A stretch of 64,000 nucleotides of DNA, taken from assembly GCA_965112155.1 (NCBI GenBank), contig OZ218099.1. One strand, given 5' to 3'. Below, one piece after another: positions 48,091 through 61,319 of the stretch; the first letter of the stretch is position 1, and every line of letters starts with the position of its first letter. The position numbers were made by a program, and so were the translations under genes. The stretch is from Podarcis liolepis. Lineage: Eukaryota. Under the pieces are notes generated by a model, which was not told where the DNA came from, made no database searches, and saw only the letters and a program-made list of their open reading frames with translations.

Positions 48091-49364
48091 CTGCAAGAAC
48101 ATGTAATTTGGCATTATACCAACATTTGGAATCAATTAGTTAAAAACCTGTATTCAGTGTTGAGAGTAGTTGCAGTGTCAATGCTACGCTGCTGAGCTTA
48201 TCTGGACCACTGAAAGACAGTCAGCAGGGAAAAGCAGACCCTGGGTCCAAATCAGACACAGACTCAGAAGGTAGCAGGTTATTCTCTCAGCCCCGTACCT
48301 ATTTTTAAAAAGGGAAATGAATGGTGGTCGCAATATTTTTTAAATTTTTAACAGGATTTAGTTCTTTATATTAAAAAAATACTTATTTGCCACAATTTCA
48401 TACAATATTACCTACTAAGAGCAGACAAAATCTGCTCTTCCAGCATGGAACATATCCATGATGCCAGAGGATGTGGAACTTGCAATTGCTAAGAAGATAC
48501 AAAGAAAACACCCGGGTACCTATAGTTTTTGTCCAAAATAGCTCAAAGTTGGAAAATACATTTGTTCAAAGCTGTTGCACAACACTTCTATGACTACACT
48601 AAAAACAAAAGAACAGTGGTAGCATCAGACAATATTTTTAAAGAAAGGCAATCCTGACGTCTTTCTTCTTATACAGCAGCAAAGAATAGGGGATTTATGT
48701 TGATGATTCTTGGAAATCAGTCACAAATATTCAGCCTGGTAGCTACCCAAAGTAGAGAGGAGAAATATCAGGTGCTGGTTTACTTGGCAGATACCTCCAG
48801 TATTGGAAGTGCATGCATCTGAATATCAGGTGCTGGGGAGAGTGCTGTTGTGCTTAAAGCTGGTTACTGTGAGAAAATTACACTTCTTTTATTCTTGGCT
48901 TTGTCAGCAGGAAGAAAGTATTTTAGCTCCACTGAATCCAATGCTATCCTCAATGTACTGCACAATCTCCATATAGACCAAATGCTTAACAATTTGCTTG
49001 ATCAAACAAACAAAAACCATACTACAGAGATCACTATCCATCTTGCATTCTTATTAGCAAAAGGTGTGAAGCAAAGCGACAATTTCCCCGAAACCCATGT
49101 GTTGTAGTTCTGAAATGACTGTAATCACTGTTAAATAAAACAACAAAACCAAGTGTGGAATGAACACCAGCAAGTTATCACCTAACACGTTTTGCCTTTT
49201 GCTGATGTCTGCATAATATTTACTAATGTTACAATAGAATTAGAGAGGGAAATGCAACAGCTGAAGCAGAAAGTGTGAAATTGGACTGGAAATCAATGAT
49301 TCAGAAACAAAATGGATTATGGGAGACTTCATAACACTGGTCCTAAGCGGCTAACTAATTATTC

Positions 49365-49660
49365 TGAAGGCCAGTTTAGGGTGCTTTGCTGCCACATCTA
49401 AAGCCCCAAGGGACCTGGAGGCCAAATACCTGAAGGAACACTTCCTTCTCTATCAGCCTACCAGGTCATTAACATCTTCAGCGGAGGTCACATTTGTGCT
49501 TCCATCACCAAGTGAAGGATAGGGGGTTGTGGTGCATAAGGCCTTCTTGGTGGTGGTTCCTCACCTATGGGATGACTTCCTCCCTGCTGACACACATATT
49601 GCACCAATATTATCTGCTGAGTCGACAAGTGAAGACACAGCTCTTTGCCCAGGCTTTTGA
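49365..49660 (+). mobile_element. Degenerate L2-like LINE 3' fragment
   Basis: AAAGCCC...TACCTGAAGGAACA..CTT..., AGGCCTTCTTGGTGGTGG...CTCTTTGCCCAGGCTTTT resemble reptile L2 3' ends. Boundaries are approximate. Confidence 0.5.
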
Positions 49661-51611
49661 GAGGGGGTTAGGCACACTTTTGGAAACTGCAAAAAGGCAG
49701 GCAGAATAGGGAATTCTTAACAGAATAAAGTAATTACCTGATGATGAACTATCCCACTGAAAAGATACCCCTATGATCTATGGTGCGAATGATGTACAAA
49801 ATATTTCTTCATTATCATGAAGAAATGTGACTGCACATGACTATAACAGATCGATATAGGCCCGCTTTGGTTCCAAGAACTGGTGTACAAGTCACACCAC
49901 ATGGTCTTCTAGCAAGGCTTCTGCCTCAGAGTGGATTTTCAGGGATCAAAATGCCTTGGCAAACCTAAAATGCACTGAACTGATCCAAAGACAGTTTTTT
50001 TCCTTTTGGTCTGTAATGTAAACATGCTCCAGACAGAACAGAATGGTGGGACATCAACTTGTATCACATTTCAGAAGAATGACTAACACTGAGATACAGA
50101 TATTCAATAGCGTCTATTAGGGAAGGACGAAAGATGGATGCAAGTCACAAAGAATGGCATACTGAATTTCAGGAATATGAAATGCATATGCCGATTACTG
50201 TGCAACATCTCATACACACAGAGTTCTTTATATTTAAAAAACATAGTTAATTTTATTTTAATCATATATGTGTGTGTAAATCAGAAACCATGCAGAGATT
50301 CACCTTAGCTCTTTATTCAAGTACCCGAGAGAGTGGTCTCTGACCCCATGAGAGTCAGAGAGTCCTCTGCCGACATGTAGACTTCAAAAGATTTTTATGC
50401 ATAGTCACATGAAGTACAGGGTTCACTTCCTTAAAATTAAATGGAAGGTACAAGCAAAAGTTTCAACATGTTTCAATTTTTTCTAAAAGAAACTGTTTAC
50501 CCTGCGTAGCGATACTTCCCTATTCTAGGCAGCTTGTGGTTACATGTGAAAGCAAAACATTGCAAATGCTTGTTCTAGTAGCTAAGCGGTGAGCTTTACC
50601 ATTTTTTCTGTACCCTGCTTCTCAACCAGGTCAGAGTCTATCATGTTTTAATCCTAAATCCCCAACCAAACTTATAGATTTCTCTAACAATGCATGCACA
50701 TACACATAGATATACAGACCCAACATCCAAATAGTGTTTTGTTAATAAAAACTAGAAAAGGTAGCAAGGTTTTTGCTTTTGGAAGAAACAAGAAACACTT
50801 TGGAAATCCAGCTAGAGCCACTGTCACAAGCATACAATATTTCTGCTTTCTTGTCTGTCTTGCTATAAATACAGAATGTCAGGCTTTTTTCTGTTTTAAA
50901 GTAGGATCTCTTGCTAATCAAAAATCTAAACAAAATGTGAGCAACTGAAAGCCTGCAAATGCAGTACAAATTTATGTCTTCTCTTTGGGTATGCAACTTC
51001 TATCTTTGGAAGTACCATTGCCAATTACAAAGCCTTCCAAAGTTTTTGCTACAAGGTAAGTGACCGCAAGCTGACCACCAAAGTAATGCAGTTATATCAT
51101 AAATTTTAATGTCATTCTACAGCCATCTTACAGCTTTACAACACCCAGAGAACCCATTTGGTCCCCCAGAGTGATTATGGTAAATGTGCACAACCTCTTA
51201 CAGCTGGGCAAAGAATGAGACAACATCAGATCATCAGCTTTGATTATTTACAATTGGATACATTGCAAGCTGCCACTCATATACATAGATCCCCAGTCTT
51301 CAAGGATTTACAGGGGAACCCCAAGCCTGTTTACTACAAAGCAAATCGCACTGTTTCAATGTGACTTACTCCTACCTGAGTGCTCACAGATTTGCAGTTT
51401 GATACTTTAACCACTAGTCCTGTTATAAAGCTAAAACTGGTTTCAGTTTCATTGCTTGTAACAGTTCACACCAAACTGCCTTTTGCTACAAACATGAACA
51501 AGCACTGTGAAATATATTATTTCACCTCCAGCACTCAATGTCAGATATCAAGCTCTCACTCTCAGTTTTTCACAATTAAAAAAAATAAGTTAGTAAGTAC
51601 TGACTACTTAC

Positions 51612-51760
51612 AAATTTCAGCATGTTCCAGTCAAATACATAGTCATAGGAGAAGCCTTGTCTGTGGAAGAGGTTTCTGAATAATTGCCTTAGATATGAAT
51701 AATCCGGTTTGTCATCAAAACGCAACGAGCGGCAAAAATTCAGGTACGTAGCAAATTCAG
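51612..51760 (-). CDS. CSNK1D: Casein kinase I delta exon 6
   Basis: 149 nt; [50 protein letters not shown]; TTTCAG acceptor and GTAAGT donor. Absent from the ORF track. Confidence 0.98.
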
Positions 51761-52753
51761 CTGAAAAGAAATGAGAAACCCTGATGATATTATCGTAAAG
51801 TTAGTGCAAACAACAATATCCAGCACATTCATCAGCTCGTCTGCTTTCCAAAGTATTGGCTCAATGCTTCTCATAGTAACTAAGGTGACAGAACCGTGAA
51901 CTGCTTTTCCCATATGTAATCAGGAAATGATATGCTTTTTTTCACATGCAGCACAATCCTTCATGACTGTCAATGTATCACCATCAGGGAAATTACTAGG
52001 CTACAACGGCAGAGGCAACCTGCAGAGGAGTGTAGAGAGCCCTATTCTAGTCCACAGTGGTATAAACAATAGAAAGATTAAGTATGGTACAAAGTTTAGC
52101 AGGTTGCTGAACTAGGATCTGGCAGATCAGGGTTAAAATCCCTATTCAAGCTATGAAGCTGTGTGACTTTGGGCCAGTCACTGTCTCTCAGTCAAAGCTG
52201 TCTCACAAGGTTGCTGTGAGGATTAAAAGAACACAATCATGTATGCCACCTGAGTTCCTTGGAGGAAAAGTGCAATATAACTGTAATTCATAAATGCAAT
52301 AAAACAAAACAAAGAGATATATATTTCTTTTTAAAGAAATAAAATGCAGCCCCTCCCTTTTTAGCAATGACTGGTATCTTATGCACTGCGAGTGCACATG
52401 TGCTAACTGAACATGTAACTCGTTTGTTCATCATGGTAAGCTGCTCATTGAATACCAAACATTGTAGACAAGAGAAAAATCCATACATATACAGCACCTT
52501 GGAAAGAGGGGAGCACTAAAAAAGGGGGGTTTTGAAGTTGTTTACAAAGCAGCCAAACAACATACCTTCATTTAACTATTAAATGAAATTTTAACCAAAT
52601 AACAAGGAAGAGTTAATACATACAAATAAGAGCTAGAATAATTTCTAAGATAGAGAGGTAACAGAAAATGTAACATCAAGTTAATGTAAGTTCCACTGAA
52701 GAGTTAGCTTTGAACTCAATACTGAAGACATCTATTTCAGAGAATAAACTTAC

Positions 52754-52924
52754 AAGGGTATCCTTTACACAAAACCTCAATGGGTGTGGACATTTTCTTT
52801 TCACTGATGCGTTCATATTTCTGTCTTTTTGTAGCTGCCTTCAATCCCTGCCAGGGGAGGGAGCCCAGGTTAAAATACATGAGTACATAGCCCAAGGACT
52901 CCAAGTCATCTCTGCGAGATTGTT
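52754..52924 (-). CDS. CSNK1D: Casein kinase I delta exon 5
   Basis: 171 nt; [57 protein letters not shown]. Confidence 0.98.
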
Positions 52925-54096
52925 CTACAAGGAGTAGAAGAGTGGAGCCATTAGGTTCTATCATCTGGTGAAATGGTTCAAATATGCTTAAAGCAAAAAT
53001 TACACAACAAAGATCTTACCTGCAAGAAAAACATTGTTAAATAGTTAATTTCAACCTTGCCAATAAAATCAGTATGGAAAAATGGTTTACTCTTGCAATT
53101 ATCCAACAATTATTCCTAAAGAATCCCATACTGGAAACTGTTCAAATGGCCATATAGGTCCATACCACAACAGAAATACAGAATCATTCACCCACAACAC
53201 TTGCAGATCAACCAGGGTTTTATAGCTTCAAGCGTAAAGGCAACCATTATTTAGTTGCTTCTGGCTCCTTCCTGCCCCAAATCCTCTGAATTGAAGAGAG
53301 AAGGTGGATCTTATTTCATATTGCTTGAAACTTTTACAGTCTCTGAATGCTGCTCTTGCCATGCTAGTGTGAGGAGACCTCTCCCCCCATCATCCCCTGA
53401 AATTCATGGAGAACTCTGGGGGAGGGGTGCAAAGACATCTGTGGAGCCCTGCAATCAACCAAGGCAATCCAAGCCACAGTGCCAAGAAGAGACATACTGC
53501 AGAAAGCTGCTAACGATGATTCACACCACTGAGCCAAGTTGCAAGCTTAGCCACAATTTCTTGACACAGGCTGCAGTGAAAGACACAGTGTTCTCCAACC
53601 CATATCTCTCAGGACTATAATCTTCTTTATGGTAAAGTTCTTTGTTGTTGTGCCATTGGAAACAGCTTCTAGCAAGGCAAGTTTTATGTCTGCATGCAAG
53701 TGGAGGCAAACAGAAACAAAACAAATCCTGAGATAACTTTTACAAGCTTGACCTGAAGGGAAATTTCTTCTCAATCCCATATATGGTAGTCTGACCCCAA
53801 GAAAAAATCTAACAAGCTATCCCAATGGAAGTTTATTGGATGAAACACTCCCAACATCTTGTTTGAGGCTGTCACATGCATTAGAGAGCATGATCATTTG
53901 ATTTGTTTCACTGATGCACTTACAGGCAATTCTAACAACATCTATTCAGAAATAAGTCCTACTGGATTCAACAGGGCTCACTCCCAGATCAAAGCCCCCT
54001 CTTTTCAATGGTAGCCGGAACAATTTATTTTATCCAGATGTCTTATTGTATGAACACTCCTACAACAATAACCAAAATAATCTGCTACCAGCTCAC

Positions 54097-54325
54097 CAAT
54101 TCCAAGATGAGTGTTGATAGAGGCATAGCGGGCAGTTCCTGTTAAATTTTTATTTTCACGATATGGAATGTGCTGGTGCGTTCGAGCATCCCGATATTTC
54201 TTGGCCAGCCCAAAATCTATGATGTAGACAAGATTGCCCTTCTTGCCTAATCCCATCAGGAAGTTGTCAGGCTTTACATCTCGGTGGATGAAGTTCTTCG
54301 AATGAATGTATTCTATTCGGCTAAT
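54097..54325 (-). CDS. CSNK1D: Casein kinase I delta exon 4
   Basis: 229 nt; [25 protein letters not shown]...[10 protein letters not shown]...[16 protein letters not shown], with HRD, DFG and CK1 SIN motifs. Confidence 0.98.
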
Positions 54326-56156
54326 CTAATTGCAGAAAGACATAATTTCAGAATTACAGCATATAAAACCTTTCAAAAACAACCAGCTGCTCCTTTATCT
54401 TGGGCTTTAATATTAAAATCCTACTTTGATAACGTTTAAGCTTAAAAGCCATTTGCTTGCTTTATTATGCCTGAATATTTATTCTACTTAACTCCCTTTT
54501 TAAAATACCACAAGCCAGTTTAACTTGTTTCTAACTGTGCAACTGTACACATGACAACTAGGAAATAAGTCTAATTAAGATCAATAGGATTTACTGCCAG
54601 GTACGTGTGTATAAGATTGCAGCCTAAGTGGCTTTCCTCCTGGGTCTTTTGATGAAGCAAGAATTAATGTCTTAACTGGATCTCACTTTGGGCACTGACA
54701 GGGTGACATCCCCCCCACAAAAAGAGCTGTGTAGGGATCCTGAGGGACATCTAGTCCAACACCCTGCAATGCAGAAATCTCAACTAGAGCTTACATGACA
54801 GATGACCATCCAACATCTGCTTAAAAACCTCCAAGGATCTTCAACTAGGTAAGACTGAGTTTTGGCTCTAAAGATTTTGCTGTAACAGCAGTACTACTAC
54901 ATTAGACCAATAGTTGCCTCCAAGGCTGAAGCCGGAGAGCCTTGGCATAGTGCCAACAATGAGCCCTCACTATATCTACTTCCAATCAGGTCATGGCCCA
55001 ATCCTACCTATAGACCTACAAAATCAGTAAGGCAAGACAATATACTCTGAGTAACTTCAAAATGGCAGGTGACCACTGAGGGTGAAAGGTAAGCTTGGCT
55101 CCTATTTAAAAGCAGAAACACCGTGTACTGCTGAAAAATATTGGTGGGTCCAGCAGGGAAGATGGTGAATGGTGCTGCGGCTGGTCCAGGGAGGGGCTCT
55201 CTTCCAAGCCCCTGGGAGCCTCAGCCAGTGCCCAAACTGTGTGACTACTGACCCTGGCGTCATCTAGCACCATTGCTATATCATTTCAGTGCCACTTGCT
55301 TGCATAAAGCATGGTTTCCAGGTGCTTCAAATGGTAGCAGTACACATAACTGGAATATTTATGGTCCTGCTGTTTTACTTCAACCTTTCTGAACCTAAGG
55401 GTTTAAAAATGGACACACATACAGACATCCTAATATCCATTAGTGAAGGTATTATTCATGGACATATTTAGTTCTTATTGTCTTCTATGTCTGTGCAGAA
55501 GTACAAACCAAGAATGTCTTCACACTTATTTTGGAAGAACAATTCACAAGTTGATTTATATAACATTTTCAGGAAGTTATGTATTATGCATAAACTGGCC
55601 AATTTTTTGTGGCAGCAAAGTTTTAAATACATATAGGCTCAGATTCTGCAACTTGATCCAAACATAAAGTTGAAGAATCTGTAAAACTTGATGTGTTGAC
55701 TGTTGTTACCCCTTGAGGGAAAGATTAGCTTTTAAAATAATTGCAAACCCTCATGTCAAGAGATAGATAAGGAATGTAGCCTAACACACTAGAAACGGGT
55801 GAATGCTTTAGAATCCAGCCCAACAGCCACTAACTACACAGCCTCTCTTTGCAACCCTGAGAACAATCCATTTTGGAAAAAGTATGTATTTTAAAGAAGC
55901 ACAAGCATGTTTCCCACTGCAGCTAAATTGGTCTGATTCACACTGGCAAAAATAACTTTAAAAGCATTATTTGTACTGGACACATTTTATTTTCTGGTAT
56001 ATGAAGAGAATAGCTTAAGTGGTAGGCTTTCTACCTGCCCTCTGAAAGAAAGGAGTCCCAAATTTTGTTCCATATAAGACAATTATTTATAGAATGCAGA
56101 GAGGATTTAAGGAAGCCCTCCTACCCAATAATCAAGACATGCAAAGATTTTAATAC

Positions 56157-56305
56157 CATTTGGTCAGCAAGTAAAAGGACTGTCTTGAGGCTGAATTTTC
56201 TTGAACAGAAGTTAAAGAGATCTTCAAGGCTTGGTCCCAACAACTCCATCACCATTACATTGTAGTCACCTTCAGCACCGCACCATTTGATTGTGGGAAT
56301 GCCCA
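56157..56305 (-). CDS. CSNK1D: Casein kinase I delta exon 3
   Basis: 149 nt; [50 protein letters not shown]. Confidence 0.98.
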
Positions 56306-57157
56306 CTAGAAAAAAGGGGGAAAATTACTATAGTATTTTGTGAAAACAGAAGGTATCTGCACAAGATATGTATGACACACCCACAGATTATTATCTAAAT
56401 TACAGCACATTTTTCTTCCTGAAAAATGTATGCATTTGGGGGGGAGGAGATGGGGGAAGAGACTGGAACTGGAGGAAGGTCCTGGGACACCTTGTATAGA
56501 TGTGCTTCCAATGGGATGTGATCTTCTCCTTCTATCTAAGTACAAGTACTCCCTATTAAGAAGCCAAAAGGGAGGGAAAGACCATTGTTGTGCTATGAAT
56601 CCTAACTATCAGGCGTCAAATTAGTCTACAGTAGCTATGACTACTCAGAATTCAACAAATATTTTATAGTATATTTGTATATGACATTTTAAATCTGTGC
56701 TGTTTAACCTGGGCTCAGAAATTATGAGGTTCCCTTGGTTACAGCTTCAGAAGATTCCCCCCAAATAAGTTCTGAGAGTTGCTCAATTCTTTCACCACTA
56801 CCTGCATTCCCCACTCTGACTGATATTACTATGTCATAATTCTAGGTAATTAAAGCTAGAAGATCAGAATAAAGAACACTTTAAACAAGAGATGGGTAAC
56901 CTCTGACCCTCCAGGTGTTGTTGGACTCCAAGTTGCATCAGCTCTGGCTACCAAGGTGATTGGCAGGAGATAATGAGAGATGTAGTCCAGAAACATTGAT
57001 TTCCCACCCCTACTTTAAAATAATCTGAATCATGCAAGCAGCTGGCTCAGTGGTTACCAGCACAGAACGGAACTGTGCCAGGTCTGCATTTGGCTTCTCT
57101 CTCCAGCACTGCAAGATTGTATGAGTAAGAACACATATATTTATGCATCATCTAGAG

Positions 57158-58086
57158 CAGTGTTTCCCAACCGGTGTTCCGCGGCACACTAGTGTGCCGT
57201 GAGATGTTGCCTGGTGTGCCGCGAGATGTTGCCTGGAGGGAGGCGGGCGAGGGCGTTTGCTTCCCGGAGGACTTGTGGGAAGCCGCCCCTTCCCTGGGCG
57301 ACGCGCCGCCTCGCGACTCCGGAGTCAGTCCCGAGGGCTCTCGGAGGGACTCGCGAGCGACGGCGCGGCGACTCCGGGGCGCGCTCAGCCGGGCCGCCGC
57401 GCGCCCCCGCGCAGCCCCTGCTGCAGCTGCCCGGCGTGGAGCGCGACGCGGAGCCGGCCGGGCTTGGAGGCGCCCAGGTAGGGCCGAGCCGGGCGGGGGC
57501 GGGGAGGTCTCGGTCTGCTGCGGGCGCAGGAGGGTGAGCGGGAGAGGGGGAGCCGTCGGGTCTCCTGGAAGGAAGCAAGGCGGCGGCTGAGGGGGATGCA
57601 GCCCCGTCCCCAGCAACAGGCGCTCCTCGAAGTGAGGCCACAAGTCGGGGCTCGGACAGGGCCTGGAAGCAGCGGCTCCGGCTCTTGGGAGCGGAGAAGG
57701 GGACTTCGAAAGCGGCCTGGAGGAGAAAAGCCCCGATGCAGCGAGAGCGGGGAGCGTGCTGCCTTGTCCAGGCCTCCTCGCTTTGTGCCGTCCGCTGCCG
57801 GGAGCAGGACACGGGGGCTCCTCGTTCGCATGCTTTCCCGGGTGATTGGTGAGGGTTAGGGTTAGGGTCCCTCAGTCCCTCGCTTTGCTGCCTCCTCCCC
57901 CCCCCACCCCCAAAGCTTGGAGGTTCCCCGGCAAGGGGGAGGGAAAAAAATTGAAAGTTACACTTTCGTGCGTCCCTCCCGGCGTGACGCTGCGCGCTGA
58001 CGTCACGGGGCTGTAATGGTGGTGTGCCTCGAGATTTTTTTCATCAAACAAGTGTGCCTTTGCCCAAAAAAGGTTGGGAAACACTG
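57158..58086. mobile_element. Young non-autonomous hAT (Charlie-group-like) element with GC-rich cargo
   Basis: Perfect 15-bp TIRs CAGTGTTTCCCAACC / GGTTGGGAAACACTG, perfect 8-bp TSD ATCTAGAG (57150-57157, 58087-58094), repeated GTGTGCC subterminal motifs at both ends. Confidence 0.93.
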
Positions 58087-59019
58087 ATCTAGAGTAACAC
58101 AATGCAGAACTGTAATAATATCTGCTGAACCCCATCTCCAGAGTATATTTGCCTAACTTGGGGAAGGCACATTCAGGTACTCTGCAATGGACAATGCTAC
58201 TCATCCGAAATGAGTAGCAAATTACAAGACTTGCAAGAACTATGCCCATGTAGTTAACTGTTGTCAGTTAACAGATCCACACTCAAGGTTATAGCAAAAC
58301 AAATGTAATAATTTTTGTGCCTCTGAAACTATAAAAAGCAGTTTGCAATTACTGAGAAAAAGTATAGGTCCAAACAAGAAAGCTTCTCACGAAGTTCAAG
58401 AGTGAAATGGTATCTTGCCTATATGGTATCACATGCAAAGACCATGCCTTTAAGTAAAAGGATCTGCCCAGTTTTAAGATTGTCAAACCAGGATTGACAC
58501 TACTGTCAGAACATAATTTCAATAATATATATATCTCATTTGTGTGATTGAAAACCTCTCATGTTCATGATCTACAGTTCAAGAGTTCATTTCTTTTAAC
58601 ATTACAACTCAGAAATATGTCACAGATAAACAACAACTTGATTTGCATTTAAGTAATGAGCAGACAGGTTGAGGTAGTGTTGGTAATCCACGGGCTCAGA
58701 GGGTAACTCTTAGTGAAGCAATTGTTTGTCAGCCTCACAACCCCCTGTGTAAACAAGAGCCTACCTTATTAGAACATTGAGAATGAAGACTAAAACTGAA
58801 GTCCCACCCATACTTACTTAGGATTAAAGACTCAATGAACTCAGTGCTACTCTTATTTCTAAGAAAGCACATTTAGGATTCTACTGCTGTAGCTCCCTAA
58901 TGCATGGCAGGAAGGTAACCATGAAATCACTTGGGCACATATGCAGTGCTATCTGCCTTCTTCAGTTTATAGCTAGAACATTAGTACCCATATGACTTAT
59001 CAGCACAGATAATTTTTAC

Positions 59020-59130
59020 CTCCACCCTGCATCATTTTGTAAATTTTGCTTTCTATATGGAGTTGAGGATGTTTGGTTTTCACACATTCCAATTTGATGG
59101 CAACCTCTTCTCCAGCAGCAATGTCAGTCC
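59020..59130 (-). CDS. CSNK1D: Casein kinase I delta exon 2 (exon 1 lies beyond the window)
   Basis: 111 nt; [37 protein letters not shown] with the catalytic Lys; TTTAG acceptor and G|GTAAA donor. Confidence 0.97.
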
Positions 59131-60162
59131 CTAAAGGAGAGAAGAAAACACAACTTCAAAATCCAAGACTATCAAACATGAACTAACCAAAGAAATTGCT
59201 TATACACCCTGGCAATGTGTGTAACAGTTGCTGGCATCACAAGGTAGTTGTACGGAATAACCAAGAAGGGGGGTGAACCATGCAAGCCTTGGAGAAAAAG
59301 GTGGAGATGTCAGTCGCCAACCTGGCATCTAGAGATCTCCACGTGGTTGCAATTGTACCCACATCAGGAGCAAAATGCGCCAGGTGCCTAGCTAATTTCT
59401 AACACTGCATGTGCATTCCCCTCATGCTTTTGAACTGATATAACTTGCATTGGTAGTGTCACCTATACATTACAGGCAGCCCTGTTTACACATGTTCAAT
59501 ATGTGTATGACCCAGAAATGTCAGTGAAATATCTCTAAAAGGGTGGAACACGGGCAGGGCAGAGGTGGAATGGTGTGTTTGCAGGCTTTTTCAATGGGTT
59601 TTAATTATACACAATTTCACTGATGCATGCGGTGCCCGGGAACATAACCCACGCGTAAACAGGATACAATCTAGGCAAACTTAAGCCCATTTAAGTCTTA
59701 GTGATTTCACAGTGGGTTGTATCCAAGGGTGTCTGCAAGTGAGCAGAACAGATTTCCTCTTGTGCAACTGGACTTTTCTTTTCTCCCTCCTGCAGTTCCC
59801 ATGCCATATACCCTCAAAAACTGCTTTGGAGGTTTGGGGGAGTCTCCAGAGAAACCTAGGGTGTGCACAGGTGGCTGCAGGGGGGAAAGATAAGAAGATG
59901 AAGTCCTGTCCACAAGCCCATTCACACATTAGCTCTTCATCAAAATCAATGGGACATTAGGGCTCTAAAATGATGGTTAAGATTCTACATTCATCTGTTG
60001 TATGCAAAAGCAATTCCTTAATTTGCAAACAATAATTTCAATAGGTTTCTTATTACTCAATTTCTCAGTATCCACTAAGTTGTGTTTTGTAATGCAGCAT
60101 GTACTACAGTATCATGAGCACCTGCAGATTATGTCCTATTAAATATACACAAGTCAAAGGGA

Positions 60163-60623
60163 ATTTATTTATTTCATAAAATTTATACACCGCTTGATTG
60201 TAAAAAACCTCAAAGTGGTTTACAAAAGATAAAATAGTAAAATCAAGGAAATTTCACAACCATACTTAAAAACATATAAAAGTTAAAATGCTAAAGCAGA
60301 CTGAAATTACCTCAACTTTCTAAGCATCAGGGTAGGCTTGTTTAAACAAAAACATTTTTAGCAGGTACCAAAAAGAGTACAGTGAAGGCACCTGCTTGAT
60401 CTCAATAGGCAGGGAATTCCAAAGTGTAGGCTGCCACACTAAACAATCACATTCTTACATGAAAAATGTTGATGTATGTTTTTAGCTTATAGTTGATTTT
60501 ATCTTTCAAATGTTTTATAGAGCTGTTTTTACTGATAATGTTATTGTTTTATTCCCTTTGTAAACTACTTTGAGGTTTTTTGTTAACAATTAAGTGGTAC
60601 ACATAAATTTTATGAAATAAATA
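60163..60623. repeat. Two inverted L2-like 3' end fragments
   Basis: 60163-60227 and 60557-60623 are near reverse complements with outward-facing (TAAA)n tails. Confidence 0.65.
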
Positions 60624-61092
60624 GACAAGCATGGTAGGGCTGTAATTAACAAAGAAAAAATAGTCTACTTTCAGTCTCATCTAAGTCTGGGAGCAGACGA
60701 AATGCAAGAGGAGAGAGAACATACGAATCTAAGGCATGCCTTTAAGCTGATAAGGACATTCCACACTCGTGAACAGGCAGGCCCACTTGCATACAAGACA
60801 CAGGAAATGTCAATGACAAGCGACGGATTGCACACAGCACAATGACTTCTCCAGGTTCACGTCTTGATTTAGCTGAGCCTTCTGGTTTAAAACACTGTCT
60901 CCCCTTTCTATACATGATTTTATTTGGAAGGCTCTTGCATGTAGCACCAGTGTTTCACATACAGACTACATTATACACATAATGATTTTGGCTAAGAGAG
61001 AGAGGTTAATATCTGAGGTAACAAGGGATTAACTTTTTTTAACCAGAATGAATGCAACAGTAGTGTTACAATATACAACTTGGTTTTAGGTA

Positions 61093-61319
61093 CAGTCATA
61101 CCTCGTTACGTTTGCTTCATGTTACATTCTTTCAGGTTACGTCCTGCAGCGACCCGGAAGTACCGGAAAGGGTTACTTCTGGGTTTCGCCACTTGCGCAT
61201 GCACACAAGCGCCAAATCGCGCCGCGCACCTGCACAGATACGGCGCTTCAGGTTGTGCTCTTTTCATGTTGTGAACGGGCCTCCGGAATGGATCGCATTC
61301 GCAACCAGATGTACCACTG
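61093..61319. mobile_element. Tc1/mariner (Tigger-like) MITE, different subfamily
   Basis: TA|CAGTCATACCTCG ... GATGTACCACTG|TA; shares TTCAGGTT repeats and a CCTCCGGAA motif with the other Tigger-like MITEs. Confidence 0.8.

Noticed and set aside
57152-57859. Overlapping 74-207 aa ORFs on both strands, and the idea that this CpG island is the CSNK1D promoter
   Set aside because: These are low-complexity Pro/Arg/Gly/Ala frames caused by high GC. The segment is bounded by TIRs and a TSD and lies downstream of exon 2, so it is an insertion, not the native promoter.
35252-59130. Assignment as CSNK1E
   Set aside because: The exon 7-8 sequence and both tails (NSIPFEHHGK, ..LQSAVHR) are delta-specific.
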